NCBI RefSeq assembly: GCF_009914755.1
Contig: NC_060926.1
Reading direction: 5' to 3' (one strand)
From: the human T2T-CHM13v2.0 reference genome, Homo sapiens
DNA: 64,000 bases
The notes beneath the pieces were generated by a model. It did no database searches, had not been told where the DNA came from, and saw nothing but the letters and a program-made list of their open reading frames with translations. Below, piece by piece: positions 26,411 through 39,940 of this stretch; the first letter of the stretch is position 1; each line of letters opens with the position of its first letter. The position numbers and the translations under genes are program-made.

Positions 26411-27953
26411 CATTTTCCTTCTTAATGGATCCTGGCCCTTCCAAATACCCTCCATTTGGTCTTTGTATTTCATATTAACAGTAAACGTTTGTCTGTACTG
26501 TTTTAAACTTCACAATACGCGTGGGTTCTTTAGTTTTTACCACAGTTAAAACAGCATCTCTTAGACTGATATGTCATTCTGTAAAGAAATAGACTATCTA
26601 AGACACAACTAATTATCTTGGAATAGGAACTTCAGGTAACCCCAGGTATGGGCCCCATAGGTGTCCCTTCCAGACTGTTCTGAGCGACCAATTAAGAGAT
26701 GTCAGATCAATGGGCATTTTGTGGCTGGATGGTAGTGGAAAGTGATTCTTCTACCAGGAGGTGCTGCTAACCCCATTGTTGCAGGTTGAAGCCAGGGTGT
26801 AGGAGCAGGGGAGCAGGCAGCTGGGGAAGGAGGTAGATTGGCTGCCCCAGGTCCAGAAGGGACCTGAGATGGCAGTGTAGTTCTGGAATATGTTATCCAG
26901 ATATTTGGCCTTGTCTGGGAGGAAGGAAGCAGAATTAGCACGGAATCAAGTCCTGAACTTTGATGGGAGCTCTTAGCTGCGTAAGACAGCCTTATGCAGG
27001 AGAACTCTTCACTGCCACTTGGTTCTCATTAAAACATCTGAAGATGTGAGCACTGGCTCTTCTGAAATCGTAGAGCGTCTCTTCTAACTGATATAGCAGG
27101 GGCTTATTATGAGTGCTTTCTTCCAGCAAACCTAGAAAGTGTCTCACATTCACCCGTAAAACAAACCATGAGGACAACCATAGAGGAACTCAGCTCTGTT
27201 TAACAGGTAGAAAGTCTAGGACCATCGGAACCCCACCACCAACCCCAGAATCTGGGAGAGAACAGAGACAAGGTCAGAGCTGCTGGCTCCCCGCTTGGGG
27301 TTATATAACTCCCCGACTCCTCAAGTCCCTGGAAACTGAGGCCAATTCCCTGGAAGATCATTCTGTTCTCTGCTGTTTTTTCAAGAATACAGCCAGCTTG
27401 ATCACTGGCTCTGAGTATTGTATGGGAATGTCCCGTTTTCTTTTTTTTCCATGAACTGAATGCCTACCATTATGGTCATTGTTTCATCAGTCTGTGTTTA
27501 AACTTGCCTGGATCTCATATTTTTATGTATGTTTGGCTTATATTTTGAAGAACTTTGCTTTGTTTATATATACCCTCATCTGTTTCCAAAAAGATTTTGA
27601 GAGGACTTACAACAAAGGAAATGAACAGTGAGCTGCATTTAAATAATAGAAAGACAGAAAATCAGAATGAAGGAGAGGAGTGTCAGAAAGAATTTGACAT
27701 CTGTAAGGGTGGGCACAGCTCCTGTGACTGGGCTTCATGTTTTCTGATTTCAGTATCACAGATGCAGTCGTCCTGCTTGGTGGCGTGGGGGAGGGAGAGT
27801 TTACAAGGTTATCTCTTACAACAAACCCCATCGAACATTGAGAATTATTTTTCTTAGCACCTAAAAGCAGCTTCTCACTTAAGGCTTGATATTGGAAATA
27901 TTCAGTGTTACAACAGTGGACAGCGTTTGCATTTTGGGCAAATGAGGAAAGAG

Positions 27954-28318
<365 letters not shown>

Positions 28319-31300
28319 TAAGACAAAATCTGGTGAAAATAGAGGAACATACTAACCCACCCTTGAGGAAGGCAGGTGCTAGAGAGCCAAGCTCATATGA
28401 TCTACACACATAACTATCCTCTATCCTAATCTGATTCCAGGATAAAGTGTAGACCATCTCTGAGTGGGTGGAGAGCCTGTCGCTTGGGCTACTTCTGTTT
28501 CCCTTCCCTTTGCTGAGTGTTTGACCAGGGCTGTGTAGCTGTGGGAGGCTTCCACAAGGTCTGCAGCTTGGGTAGGACCACTGCTGAGGGCAGGACCACA
28601 AGCTTTATTTAGAAAGCAGATAGATAGGTAACAGAATTAGTATATTCTATATGCAAGGAAATCTAGATAGCATCTTTCCCAGGTGCACAACCATCTCTGT
28701 GCATTGGAAGGGGTGATATGCAGTTCCTGCAGTCAGCACTGGCACTTTCCTGTGGAAGCAGCTTTGGGTAACTGCATTCCTTCGACAGTAGTTGGCCTGA
28801 GGCCCCTGAGCTCTGAGCACAAATGGTTTGATAAGGTGATGTTCTAACGCAGTCATCCTCTTTGGCCATGAAAATCCTCAAAAATTCTCCAGCTTTGATT
28901 AGGATGAGCAGATTGGCTGCACTCTCTCTCCAGCTGGCTGCATGTGACACACGCAGACTTGCTCATCATGCTTTGTATTCACTGTTGCATATTGCTCAGG
29001 CACGTGAGAGGCAAGAACATGGCCCACTAACTGGGCAGGTCCTGATCGGGAAGCTGCTGAGGTAAAGGTGCTCCTGTTCTGCTAAAGGAGACCCTGGGAT
29101 CAGGGACGAGCTCTTCCCTGCTGGGCTCACCCAGTAATACAGGTCGTGTGGGACAGTGGTGAGCCGAACTCTCCTGCCATAGACGTGCTGGTGAGCAATG
29201 GAGTCACCTTCAGAAGAGGAGGCGGCTTGACCTGGGGGCATGAATGCTACCACCAGGCCCTTTTCTCCTGGGACTGGCTCCTTCCTACAGAGCAACCCTC
29301 CCTGTGGGTTGACCATAGCTCCAAAGACAGACGTTTTTTCTTCTCAGAAAGTAAAACCTCAGCATTGAAGAATCCTTGTCCTGTCATTTTTAACCTTAAT
29401 GAGAACAGAGCAAGCCTCTGGAACAAGGTGCAGCGCAGTCAGGAGAAGTGGCTTTAAGTGAAAACACAGCTGTGGGGTTTACAGACGGCGCTGCAGGGAG
29501 GCATCATCCAATGGGAGCGGCCAGCCTCGCTATAGACTTTCCAACACTAATGAATCGGGAACTCCATGCTGAACAGGGTTTAGTTTGATGGGTCCCTGTG
29601 CCAGCAGAAGGATGTATTTTTCTTGAAAGACCAAGGTGCCAGAAATCTCCATGATTACGTTACTGGAGAAAGGTTCTTTTTTGTGGTTTGTGAAGTTGAG
29701 CGTCAGGACTGCAGGATTCTCTTGCTCTTTCTCACTCTTATTTTTTCCAGGTCAGAACCAGAGCTTGGGGTGGGGAGGAAAATCCTGCTGAATGAGCAAG
29801 TTCTTTCTTAAAAAGCTCTCTCCAAGTCCAAAAAGACTTCAGTGGACTTAGGAGAAAGAAATTTAATACATTGCCATAGAATCGTCATTAACCAAGTTAA
29901 AGCAAAGTCCACAGCATCTTTGTCTTATAAAAGAAAGCAAAAAGGAGATGGAAAAAAAGAAATTATACTTAGGAAATCCAAACCAAACAGTGAACACTAA
30001 AGAAGAAAAACTCAAGATCATCTCTGAAAATGTGATTTTCTTCTAATCAGATTTTTCTATTAAAAACCAAGGCTGCAGGTAGAAGTAACTTTTCTGATCT
30101 TTTAAATTCTGCCATAAATGGCATAGCTGAAATGTTTGAACTGTGCTAGGATTTACCACTTTCAGCTTAAGGAAGAGTTGGACACCCTGTAAGACCCAGT
30201 GGACTATGAGGGGAAGAGTCAACCGTGGAGAGGCTGGAGGCTTCCCAGGCCGGCCTTGACCTGTGTTTGAACCTTGGTCCTAATAACTAGCAGATTGAAG
30301 CAAATTCACAGGCCTCCTGGAGAACCCATGTTGGTTTGAACTGGAGCAATCCTGGCCAAATAACTCACACTGTGCTCTTACCAGTGACCTCCCTCATTAC
30401 ACCCCTGTGAGGGGAGCTCTGAGCTAGCATCCTAGGTTCCCCTGCTCATTCATGGAGTAGTCTGCAGAGAAAGCTGAATGGCTCTGTCCTGCTGGGGCTG
30501 TAAGTACCTTCCAGGAGACGGGCAGAGAGAGACTTGGTTGTCCATGAGAGGTCATCTTGGAGGTATTGCGAACAAAACAGGGAATTCCTAAACTTTTAAA
30601 CTCATTTTTTTGCCCTTCCAAGGTCAGGCCAGGACTTTTCCAAAGCCTCGAAACCTCTGATGTGGCGTCTTCCCTAACTGATGGAGTTTAGTGCCTAGTG
30701 GCCCTTGCATGACGTTCTCCAAGTATGGCTGTTTGACAAAGCTGCCTGTGTGCCTGGGCCAGCCAAAGATCTACCTGTTCAGTAGCCCAGAGGGACCCCT
30801 GGCATGCTTGCCTAGCCACACTTTCCTGTCTTGTCTCGTCACGCTTCTGGTTATTCTTATGAATGTAGCCTGGCCCACTGTCTTCACCAGGCTGGGATCC
30901 AAAATAAGGTCACATATCTTTTAATAGTTACATTAAAAGACTCAGTGGACACCCCTCCTTCTGCTTACCTAGGACATTGTTTCTGCCCCTAAGTTCTCCC
31001 TAAAGTGCCATCCCCAAGCAGCAATAATCTGAGCAGCCTGAGGAAGCTGTACATAGTCCTCAGTCACTCATTCTTGTTACCCACCTGTTGCCATCTGCTG
31101 GGAGGGTCGCCTTGCTGTCTCCATTGTCATCCTACCCAGAAAGCTCAGACGGGCGGAAGGAGGGCCTCTCAAAGGCCCAACAACCCCAACAGGGCCTGCA
31201 TCCCATGTTCCCACAGAGTCTGGGGAAGATTCTCCTCTCCCAAGGGTCCTAGTCCCTTCAACTCATCCAGGCTCCTAGAGCTCACCCACGCGATTCTCTT

Positions 31301-31520
31301 AAGGCCAGTTTCCTGGGGGCCCCACCCTAGAGCAGGAGGCCTAGGTCCAAAGGGGACCCAGTGGTAGTCTCATGCTCTGGCCGCCTGGAGCCTGCCCTCC
31401 TGTGTGACCTCAGCCTGAGCCCCTGAAAGGAGAAGGCTCTCCCATTTTCTGCCCTGGGGAGACTGCCCTTTCCTTGTTGGGATGAAAGCCTTGCCTCTAA
31501 CTGAACCCTTTTGAAGGCTT

Positions 31521-31536
31521 CCGCCCTCTGCTGGTG
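31521..31536 (-). promoter_or_regulatory. Candidate CTCF motif
   Basis: Minus strand reads ccagcagagggcgg, matching CCASYAGRKGGCRS. Motif match only. Confidence 0.35.
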
Positions 31537-32539
31537 GAAGCTGACAGAGCAACCTTGTTGTTGCCTCTTGGGTCCTTCACTTCCTTCCCTCTTCACTCAA
31601 TACCAGGACCGTTGTGCAGTTGGAAACTGTCCACCCAGGGAAGCCTGTTCCTGGGGAAAGGATTGGGTAGTGGTGAGCTCTCCTGCTTGACATGGCAGCT
31701 GCCTCTGGAGAGAGAAAGACCTTGTGAAGTCTGAGTGGCTGCCATTCTTGCAGGCTGACTTCCCAAGCTGAGCTGCTCTGTGGGTGGTCCCTGCAGGTGG
31801 TGATTAGGGCCAGAGCGCTGCTGCTGCCTGGTTCCTTGCCGTGCCTGATAGCTAGGAAGTATCTAGTGAGCATTGTTGAGGGAAGGAGCTTGTGCCTCTT
31901 GAGGGTGCTGACAAGATGGCAACACCTGAACACTGAGAGTGTCTGAGCCACAGCTGGTCATCTGGTGGCAATTACTGAGCAGGAGGCAGACGTGAGGCAG
32001 AATTTATTTACTGAAGAAAAAGAAATTATTTTGAAGGAATGACATTGGACACCTGCTGTGACAGTGATAAGGACACCGATTGCCCAGGAGACCTGGTGAA
32101 GCCACCCTTGGATTCTCTGGGGGAAATACCTCTGGCATTCCAGCGAAGGGGAAAACAAAAGATCAGGGCCACTTTGACAGAGGAGGGACAGGCAGGAAGG
32201 GCTCCCCTGGAAGCAGGTGGAGCATGAGGAAGGGCACAGAGGCCTAAGAGAGCCTGGTCTGCTCTGAACCCCTCAGGGAAGTGGACCGCGTCGGGGAGTG
32301 CATGGAGCTCTGCAGGAGCTGGAGAGTGACCCTTCCCTGTCCTGTAAGACTCCTTCTGTCTGTCCTGAGGGCCTCCCTGGCTGGCACACCCTCCCGAGCA
32401 CAGGCCCACCTCTTTCCATTGCTCTGTTACTGTCCATATTTGTTCATGTGAACAACCAACCTTCAGCGAGCCTGGGCTGTGTTGAATTCACTTTCATATC
32501 TCCAAAAGCAGGAAGCCGTCAAAGGTACTAAAGAGGGAA

Positions 32540-33100
32540 GTGTTACCAGGTTTATGCTTCAGGAAAATAACAGCTATGTTCTAGAGAGCGGATTAGGAGA
32601 ACATAGCCAAGGGAGTAGGAAGATACATTGTGTGTCAGTGTCCTTAGGAGAAGCATGAGCACAAATTACACAAGGGCAGTAGAGGGCCCGGAGGTGGCAG
32701 GGACCAGGCCTGCCTCCACCAAGGCACTGGCTGCCCACTTTGTCAGTCTTTGGAGTCTGTGTCCTCCATGATTTGGCTCCCTTCTCAGGCTGGTGGCAAG
32801 CTGGTTGCAGCAGTTCTGGCCCGCGTGACCAGAAGCACTCAACAAGCATCCCCTCGTACCTCATTGGCCTCGGTTGGGTCACACATCCATTCCTGAACCA
32901 GTTTCTAGGGCCAGGAAATGCCATGCCCTGATTGGCTTAGGTTTCTTACCTCAGAGCTGTCACGTCCAGCCCTGGAGCTAGAGGTTGGGTCTGCTTCCCC
33001 CCGGACCCCCTAGAATGGGGAGCAGGACAGGGGAATGAATAGCTGAGTGAAAGTAGGCCATCCTTAGCAAGGAGGAAATGCCTGCTAGCTATGCATCCGT
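32540..33100 (-). mobile_element. MLT1 (J/K-like) MaLR LTR
   Basis: tcattggcc…gggtcacacatccattcctgaacca…ggccagg…ctgattggcttagg. Limits approximate. Confidence 0.7.
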
Positions 33101-33599
33101 GTTTGCTACAGGAACCAGATGGACCCATTCATTCATCTTTTGAACCTTGTACATGGTAAGCACCTACACACCAGTAGGGACATACTTTGTGGAAACAGCA
33201 TACCATCATCCTGGGTGAATTTCAGTCCTCATGAAGGATCCCCTACCCTTATCCCTACCCAGACCCTTGGCTCTCCATTCCTTGACTTCTTTTTGGATCT
33301 TGTTTTTGACCAGCCATCTCCAAGGTCAGACACACAGCCTGCTCTCTGACCATGGCCTCAGCCCCTTCAACTCCCTTATCCAGTGACTCCCACACTCCTC
33401 TCCTTGACCTCTCAGACACTACACCCAGTGATTAGCAACATGGACCATACTTCAGCTGTGCCACTTACTTGGTAATTTGGGCCAAATACTTAATAAACTC
33501 TCCTGTAACATAGAGGTAGGAACCGGCTTTGCAGGGCTCTTGCGAGGATTAAATAAGATCAGCGTGAGAGATGCTTAGGACAGAGGACGTGCTTAATAA

Positions 33600-35000
33600 A
33601 TATTAGCTCCATTCCAGACATCTGTCACCCAGCCGCTTCCTTCTGTTTTCTTCCCATCAGCCTCTTTCCCATTTATTTCCTTCCTGTTCCCCCGTAGGTC
33701 TCCTGGTCCATATGCTGCCGTATTGTATCTCCACTCCCTTACCCCCTTATTCTTCCCTCATACCTTCCTGGCAGATATTCAGCTTGGACCAACCTAACTT
33801 TCTTCACACTAATGTCTAAGTTGCTAGAAAAAAATTAACAGTGGGACAGATGCTTGCTACAGTAACTTCAGATCCTGTGGCCTCCGAATACTCCCTGGCA
33901 ATACTCCCTGGCAATCCTTATGCTCTGCCCAGGTCAACTGTTTTTCCTATTCTCCAAAGGAGCAATTTCAAACCTTCATCACTTTCCTCAAACTCCTTCC
34001 CCCATCACACTCCCCATTCTTTGCAGATAATTTGTGTCCTAATTTTCAGGAAAGAACCTAAAAAATCATACTAGGACATTCTAAATCCCCCCTGCCCAAT
34101 CCACAGATCTTACTGTTATCGCTGCCCATCTTCCTTCCTCTTGCAGCCAAGAAAGGGGTTCCACTTTTGTGTTGGATCCAATCCCTTGTCATCTCAGAGA
34201 CCTTGAATCTGCAGTTCTCTCTGTCTCTCTTAATGTCTTCTACTCCACCATCCATAGTGCCTTCTTCCTGTCAGCATTGAAACAAGTCTCTGTCATCTTT
34301 AAATATACTCCCTTCAAACACCTTCAGTACACTCTCACATCCTCTCATCCTTTCCCATTCCATTTCATGAATCTTGCCTCTTCCCTAGCACTGTCTAATT
34401 TGCTAAAAGAGTTGTATTCACTCATGATTGCCATTTCCTGGCTTTCTATTCGTTTTTCAACCTGTCACCCCGATCTCTGCCCCCAGCACTCCCTGCAAGA
34501 GTCTTTTCTGATAGATCCAAAGGATTCCTTGTTTGGGAATGTTCTCTGTTACTTGACCTCTTAGAAGGATTTAACGCTGCTGACTATGCCCTCCTTGAGG
34601 CATGTTCTCTCTTTGGCTTCTATAATGTCAGAACTCAGAACTCCATAGCCACTCCCCAGTTTCTGTTGTCCAGCTCTTAAATACAGGTGTTTCTCAGGAT
34701 TCTATCCAGGGCTCTCTTATCCCTTCAGGTTACAATCTTGCTTATAAACTTCAGAACTGTATGTTCAGCAGCCTACTGGCCATCTCCACTAGATGCCTCC
34801 CAGGTATGTTAGAATCCGCAATCTCAGATTGAACTCAAACTCTTCTCCCAAACCTGTTTTTCTTCCTTGTCAGGGTGAGTAGCAATAGCATCTGCCCTGC
34901 AGCCTGAGCCAGAGAATCCTGAACACTTGTTGACTCTTCCCTCTCTCACTGACTTTATCTCCAGACCATCACCAAGTCCTGTAATGCTGGTGAGGTGAAA
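33600..35000 (+). mobile_element. L2 LINE fragments
   Basis: Pyrimidine-rich L2 motifs such as gcctactggccatctccactagatg…gattgaactc…ctcccaaacctgtt. Limits approximate. Confidence 0.65.
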
Positions 35001-35156
35001 GGAGCATGGATTTTGGTTAAAATTCCAGTTCTAATTGTGGTTTGCTCAAACTACTTAATCTTTCTCAGCCTCAAGTTCCTCATCTGTTTAAAGGAAATAG
35101 CAATACCTAATTTAAGTGGTTTTTGTCAGGATAAAGGAAAGCCTTTACTTGGTAGG

Positions 35157-35515
35157 TGATATGGTTTGGCTCTGTGTCCCCACTCAAATCTCACCTTGAA
35201 TTTTAGTAATCCCTCATGTTGTGGGAGGGACCCAGTGGGAAGTAATTGAATTATGGGGGTGGGCTTTCCCTGTGCTGTTCTCGTGGTAGTGAATAAGCCT
35301 CACAGGATCTGATGGTTTTGTAAATGGGAGTTTCCCTGCACAAGCCCTCTTGCCTCTCGCCACGTAAGACTTGCCTTTGCTTCTCCTTTGCCTTCCACCA
35401 TGATTGTGAGGCCTCCCCAGCCATGTGGAACTGTGAGTCCATTAAACCTCTTTCCTTTATAAATTACCCAGTCTCAGGTATGTATTTATTAGCAGTGTGA
35501 GAACAGACTAATACA
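35157..35515 (+). mobile_element. THE1 solo LTR (MaLR) with 5-bp TSD
   Basis: tgatatggtttggctctgtgtcccca…attaaacctctttcctttataaattacccagtctc…gactaataca; TSD gtagg at 35152-35156 and 35516-35520. Confidence 0.95.
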
Positions 35516-36419
35516 GTAGGCATTCAATAAATGTGAGTCCTCCATTTAGTAAACATGACTGCTCTTCTGTTCCAGTCCTCTCTCTCCCCTACCCTATCAC
35601 CACCTCTGCTGACTTGCCTTATTGTTGAGTTGGTGTGAACATAGTTTCCTGACTTTGAGACTCCCCCTGCAATTAGATTTCCCATAGTTCCTTCATGACT
35701 AAGGACTAAGTGCTGGTCACCACAGCATTGTGTGGGGTCTGGGAGGCAGATGCCAGATGTTACTGGCACATAATTAGATGTGTATGTACTTCCAAGTCTT
35801 GTCTCTTAGCTGTCTCCAACGCCACCGCACCTCCGTAAGCCAAATCCTCATCATCTCATTGGGCTACTGCAGCAGCCCCCTCTAAGGCATTTCTCTATGC
35901 CCTCTCTCACTTCAGCCCTTCTCTACCTGACCATCAGAGCTGGTCTTTCTGCCCTGAAACCTGCCATGGCTTCTCTCTTCTGGTGAAGTGAAGTTCACAC
36001 ACTCCTACGTGCAGCCTGCCTTGCCAGCTCATCTCCCTTGCATGCCTGTGCCAGCCCAGTGGCTAAGTCCTCTCTGACCCAGTGACACCTTTCATGATAA
36101 GGGAGCAAGAAGGATGCTTAGATACTGATTGAGAAGCTGAATACTATACTTCTTGGGTCTAGTGGCTAGTAGGACAGGCATAAGACACTCAGCTAAGACC
36201 AGCTGTCCAGAAAACTGGGACCAAAAGACACAGGAAACCCAGGAGGGCTTAGAATTCTGTAAGAATCACCAGTCATAAAATAAGGAGGAAAACCTATTAG
36301 TCTTCTGTCAAAGCAGTGTATGCTTATGAAGAATTTGGAAAATGCAAAGAAAGTAATCACCTGGAACCTCTCAGCTAGTGATAGGCACTGTTGCTGTTTA
36401 GGTATGTTCCTTCCAAGTC

Positions 36420-36713
36420 TTTTTTTTTTTTTTTTTTGAGACAGACTCTCGCTATGTCGCCCAGGCTGGAATGCAGTGGCAAAATCTGGGCTCACTGCAA
36501 CCTCCACCCGCCAGGTTCAAACGATTCTCGTGTCTCAGCCTCCTGAGTAGCTGGGACTACAGGTGCGTGCCACCACACCCAGCTAATTTTTTGTATTTTA
36601 CTAGAGATGGGGTTTTACCATGTTGCCCAGGCTGGTCTCCTGAGCTCAGGCAATCCACCCGCCTCGGCCTCCCAAAGTGCTAGGATTATAGGCATGAGCC
36701 ACCACATCTGGCC
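36420..36713 (-). mobile_element. AluS (Sz6-like)
   Basis: Full dimer with cctgagctcaggcaatcc…gtgctaggatta. Confidence 0.92.
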
Positions 36714-37639
36714 TCAGTCTTTCTTCTAGGAAGTCTTTGTCCTTTTTTACATAGTCTTCATGGTACACTGTATAATCAAGTGTGCATCCTGCTTTATCTC
36801 ATCTGTCCAACCTATTTTTCCTGGGTTAGTAAAAATTCTCCCTAAGCCATGTAACAACTACCTGCTATTCCATGTGTGACTATAGCATAGTTTGTTTAAC
36901 CTTTTGCCACTGCTGGACTTTTTAGTCTTTCCAATAAATAACACTGGGGGGAACAGTTTTGCAAATAAAACTTTTCTTCCTACATTTCTGATGATTTTTC
37001 TAAGCTATAAATTCATAACTTAAATCACTGAGTCAAATCATATGAAAATTTCTAAGCAATGCAGACTCAAAATGGACAGAATGAATATAGACCTGACCTC
37101 AGCTGCAAAGAGAGAGGTAAAGAGAAAAGGGTTGTAACTAATAGATTCTTTTAAAATTATGTTTTACTTCACAAAGGAGAGGGCTGGGAAGATTCAAGTG
37201 GTGCTCTGTAGGGCAAACATGCCTTTGACTTGAAGTTCTGGCTTCATGATGGTCGAGAAGGGCTTGTTTCTGCTTTTGTGTTTTCATCTGGGTCAGTTAG
37301 AGGACAAACCATTCCTGTGAGTTCCTTTCCCACTAAGGAAGAGAAAAATCGTCCAGTATCTAATGATGCAGATCATTAGCTGTGTTCGCAGCCTTGTAGT
37401 TAAAAAAAAAATTATAATAATGTATCCTCCTAATGTGCAGTTAATTTTAGTTAAAATCTCCCTAGTGCTTTAAAAACCCAGTGAATTTATAAACATAGTA
37501 GTTGGCTTGCATTTGGAATGTTAAAGCTGTCATAACCAACTGGCTCTAGCAGGGCATGCTGCACCTCCTTGAGCTCTGTTGGAAGTTCAGCACTCACCTG
37601 AGCACTGCCCTCTGGAATCCAGAAAGAAACCAAGACTTT

Positions 37640-38060
37640 CCCAGAGTTCCTGTTCCTGATCTTCCATAACTGAAGAAAGCTAATGAGTGTCTCAAAGTTA
37701 ACATGTCCAAAGTCAAACCTTTGACTCCCTATCAGTCCCCAAATTCAGTCTTTCTCTCAGCAGTGGATCAGCCACCTGACTGGTGATTCAGATTCAAAAT
37801 CTTGAACCGTCCTTGAGTTCTTCCTTTCTTTCCTTACCACTGCCAACATCAAATCCACCAGCATATCTTGTTGATTCGACTTCTAAAATGTACCTCAAAT
37901 TGTCCATTTCTCTCACTCTATCCCAGCCCCCCTGGCCGCTCCCCTGACTGTAGTGGCTGCCTCCTGCAGGATGTTGCTTCTGCTCTGTGGTCTGTGGTCT
38001 GCAGTCTGCACTGTAGCCAGAGGGGTCTTGCCAAAATAGAATTCTGATTACCTCATCTAC
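37640..38060 (+). mobile_element. L2 fragment
   Basis: ctcaaagttaacatgtccaaa…aaatccaccagcatatcttgttgattcgacttctaaaat…cactgtagccagagggg. Confidence 0.7.
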
Positions 38061-38756
38061 TCCTTCTTTTTCTTTTCTTCGCTGTTAAGGTAAAGGCCAA
38101 AAATTCCAGTGTGGCCAAGAAGGTCCTCCCCAGAGTCACCCACCATGTCCCTGGATCTATCAGCGCCCAACTTCACCAGCCATCCTGCAGCTCCTGCCCC
38201 AGGGCTTCTGCACTCACTGTGCTCTCTCCTCAGGAGAACCCTCTCCACTCCCCATCCCTCCTCCTCCTGATTCAGAGGAGCCTTCCCTTCTACCCATTCT
38301 ATCCAGGTCAGGCTCTTCACTTTCATGGAAACATGGGGATTTTTTTCTTGCTTCAGAGAGCCTATTTTAATTTGAAGTTCTACACATATATGCACATTCA
38401 TTGGTGTGATCATTTGATTGCTGTCAGTCTTCTCTGCTAGACGGTAAGACCCATGAAAAGAGTCTGCTGTCACTGTTCTTTCCCTCTCAGCTAGCTCATG
38501 TCTAGCACAAGATAGGTGCTTAATAAACGTATTGGTTGCATGCTGAATGAACAAGTAGAGTCTTGCTGACAGTCATCATTGATGATGGGGTCCTTGTAAG
38601 GTGTGGGCTCTTCCCAGAGTGGGCAGGCCCAGGTTCTCCACAACACATTGACTTGAGGGAGTGTGACTTCGTTTGATTTTATTTTTTTCATTTCAGCTAT
38701 TGGAATGAATAGAGCATGCTGCCTAAAACTTCTTTTTCTCTTCTCTCTCTCTTCAG

Positions 38757-38836
38757 CTAAAGCTTGCTTTCACTCTGGACCACGAGACCGGATTGCCTCA
38801 AGGATGTCATATCTATGAGTACCGCGAGAGCAACAA
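38757..38836 (+). CDS. DIS3L2: DIS3L2 internal coding exon (RNB domain; probably exon 14), 80 nt, phase 0-2
   Basis: Not in the ORF track. Long pyrimidine tract plus cag ends at 38756; reads [26 protein letters not shown](K), continuing the previous exon in frame; donor gtaagc at 38837. Confidence 0.96.
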
Positions 38837-39369
38837 GTAAGCCACTCAGTGGGAAAGAGTGTCACTTCACATGTGTGCAGCAGTGGTGCCTGTGGGCTTT
38901 CTGACACTGAGCTTCCATTGCTAAGTGGTTGTCAGGAAGGGAATACACCTTTTACTACTATACTAGAAAATAGCTGGCACAGAAATAGTCCTCTTGTAAG
39001 ATCTCTTTGCCCCTAAGTATAGAACTTGGAGCACTTGCAGAGGAGCAGTTGTGGTGTGTTAGAAGTAGATGCTGAAGCAGACCTTCTTTCAAGGCTGCAG
39101 ATGTCCCCCAGACCCTCCCCACTCTTGGTCTCCAGTCATGTGCCTGCTTGTTTGGTTCACTGTGTGACTTTGGCTTTGTTGTAGTTCTCAGTCACTATCT
39201 GCCTATACTTAGGTTTATGGGTTTTGTTGTGATTATCTACCTTGTAAATTTTATATTAATGGTTGGGAGATTTCCGGGTACTTACAGAGATTTAAATTGG
39301 TGCCCTTGTTGGAAAGGTGGCACCTTGCATACTTTCATAGCACCTCCTTTCCACATCATAGACTGCTCC

Positions 39370-39670
39370 TTTTTTTTTTTTTTTTTTTTGAGACAGGGTC
39401 TTGCTCTGTCACCTGGGCTAGAGTGCAGTGATAGAATCGTGGCTCACTGCAGCCCAAAACTCCCGGGCTCAAGTGATCCTCCCACCTGTTTCCCGAGTAC
39501 CTGGTACTACAGGTGCACACCACCATGCCCAGCTAATTTTCTAAATTTTTAGTACAGACAGGGTCTCCCTATGTTGCCCTGGTTGGTCTTGAACTCCTGA
39601 GCTCAAGCGATTCTCCCACCTCAGCCTCCCAAAGTGCTGGGATTACAGGTATGAGCCACCACACCCAGCC
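39370..39670 (-). mobile_element. AluJ
   Basis: T-tail, gagacagggtcttgctctgtc, AluJ-type dimer; degenerate TSD agactgc(c)tcct. Confidence 0.92.
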
Positions 39671-39764
39671 ACAGACTGCCTCCTTGACTGTGTATTTTCG
39701 TTTGTGAGACAGTGAAAGTGGTGGTGAATGAGGCACAGGAACTGTGCCCCGATGATGACAATGA

Positions 39765-39940
39765 TGGTAATGACAGCGGCTACCATTGAGCACCTCCTAT
39801 GTGTTAGGCACAGTACTGGGGACTTTACATTTGTTATCTCATTTAATCTTCATAACAACCCCGGTGTGTTATTTTATTATTGTCATATTTGCAGAAGCTA
39901 AGGTCTAGGGAACTAAAGTAATTCACTCAGGGTGACTCAC
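39765..39940 (-). mobile_element. MIR SINE
   Basis: cattgagcacctcctatgtgttaggcacagt…atctcatttaatcttcataacaaccc. Confidence 0.8.

Noticed and set aside
29485-29535. CCAAT box with a few CpGs (atccaatgggagcggcc) as an internal promoter
   Set aside because: A single short motif with no CpG island; not supportable from sequence alone.
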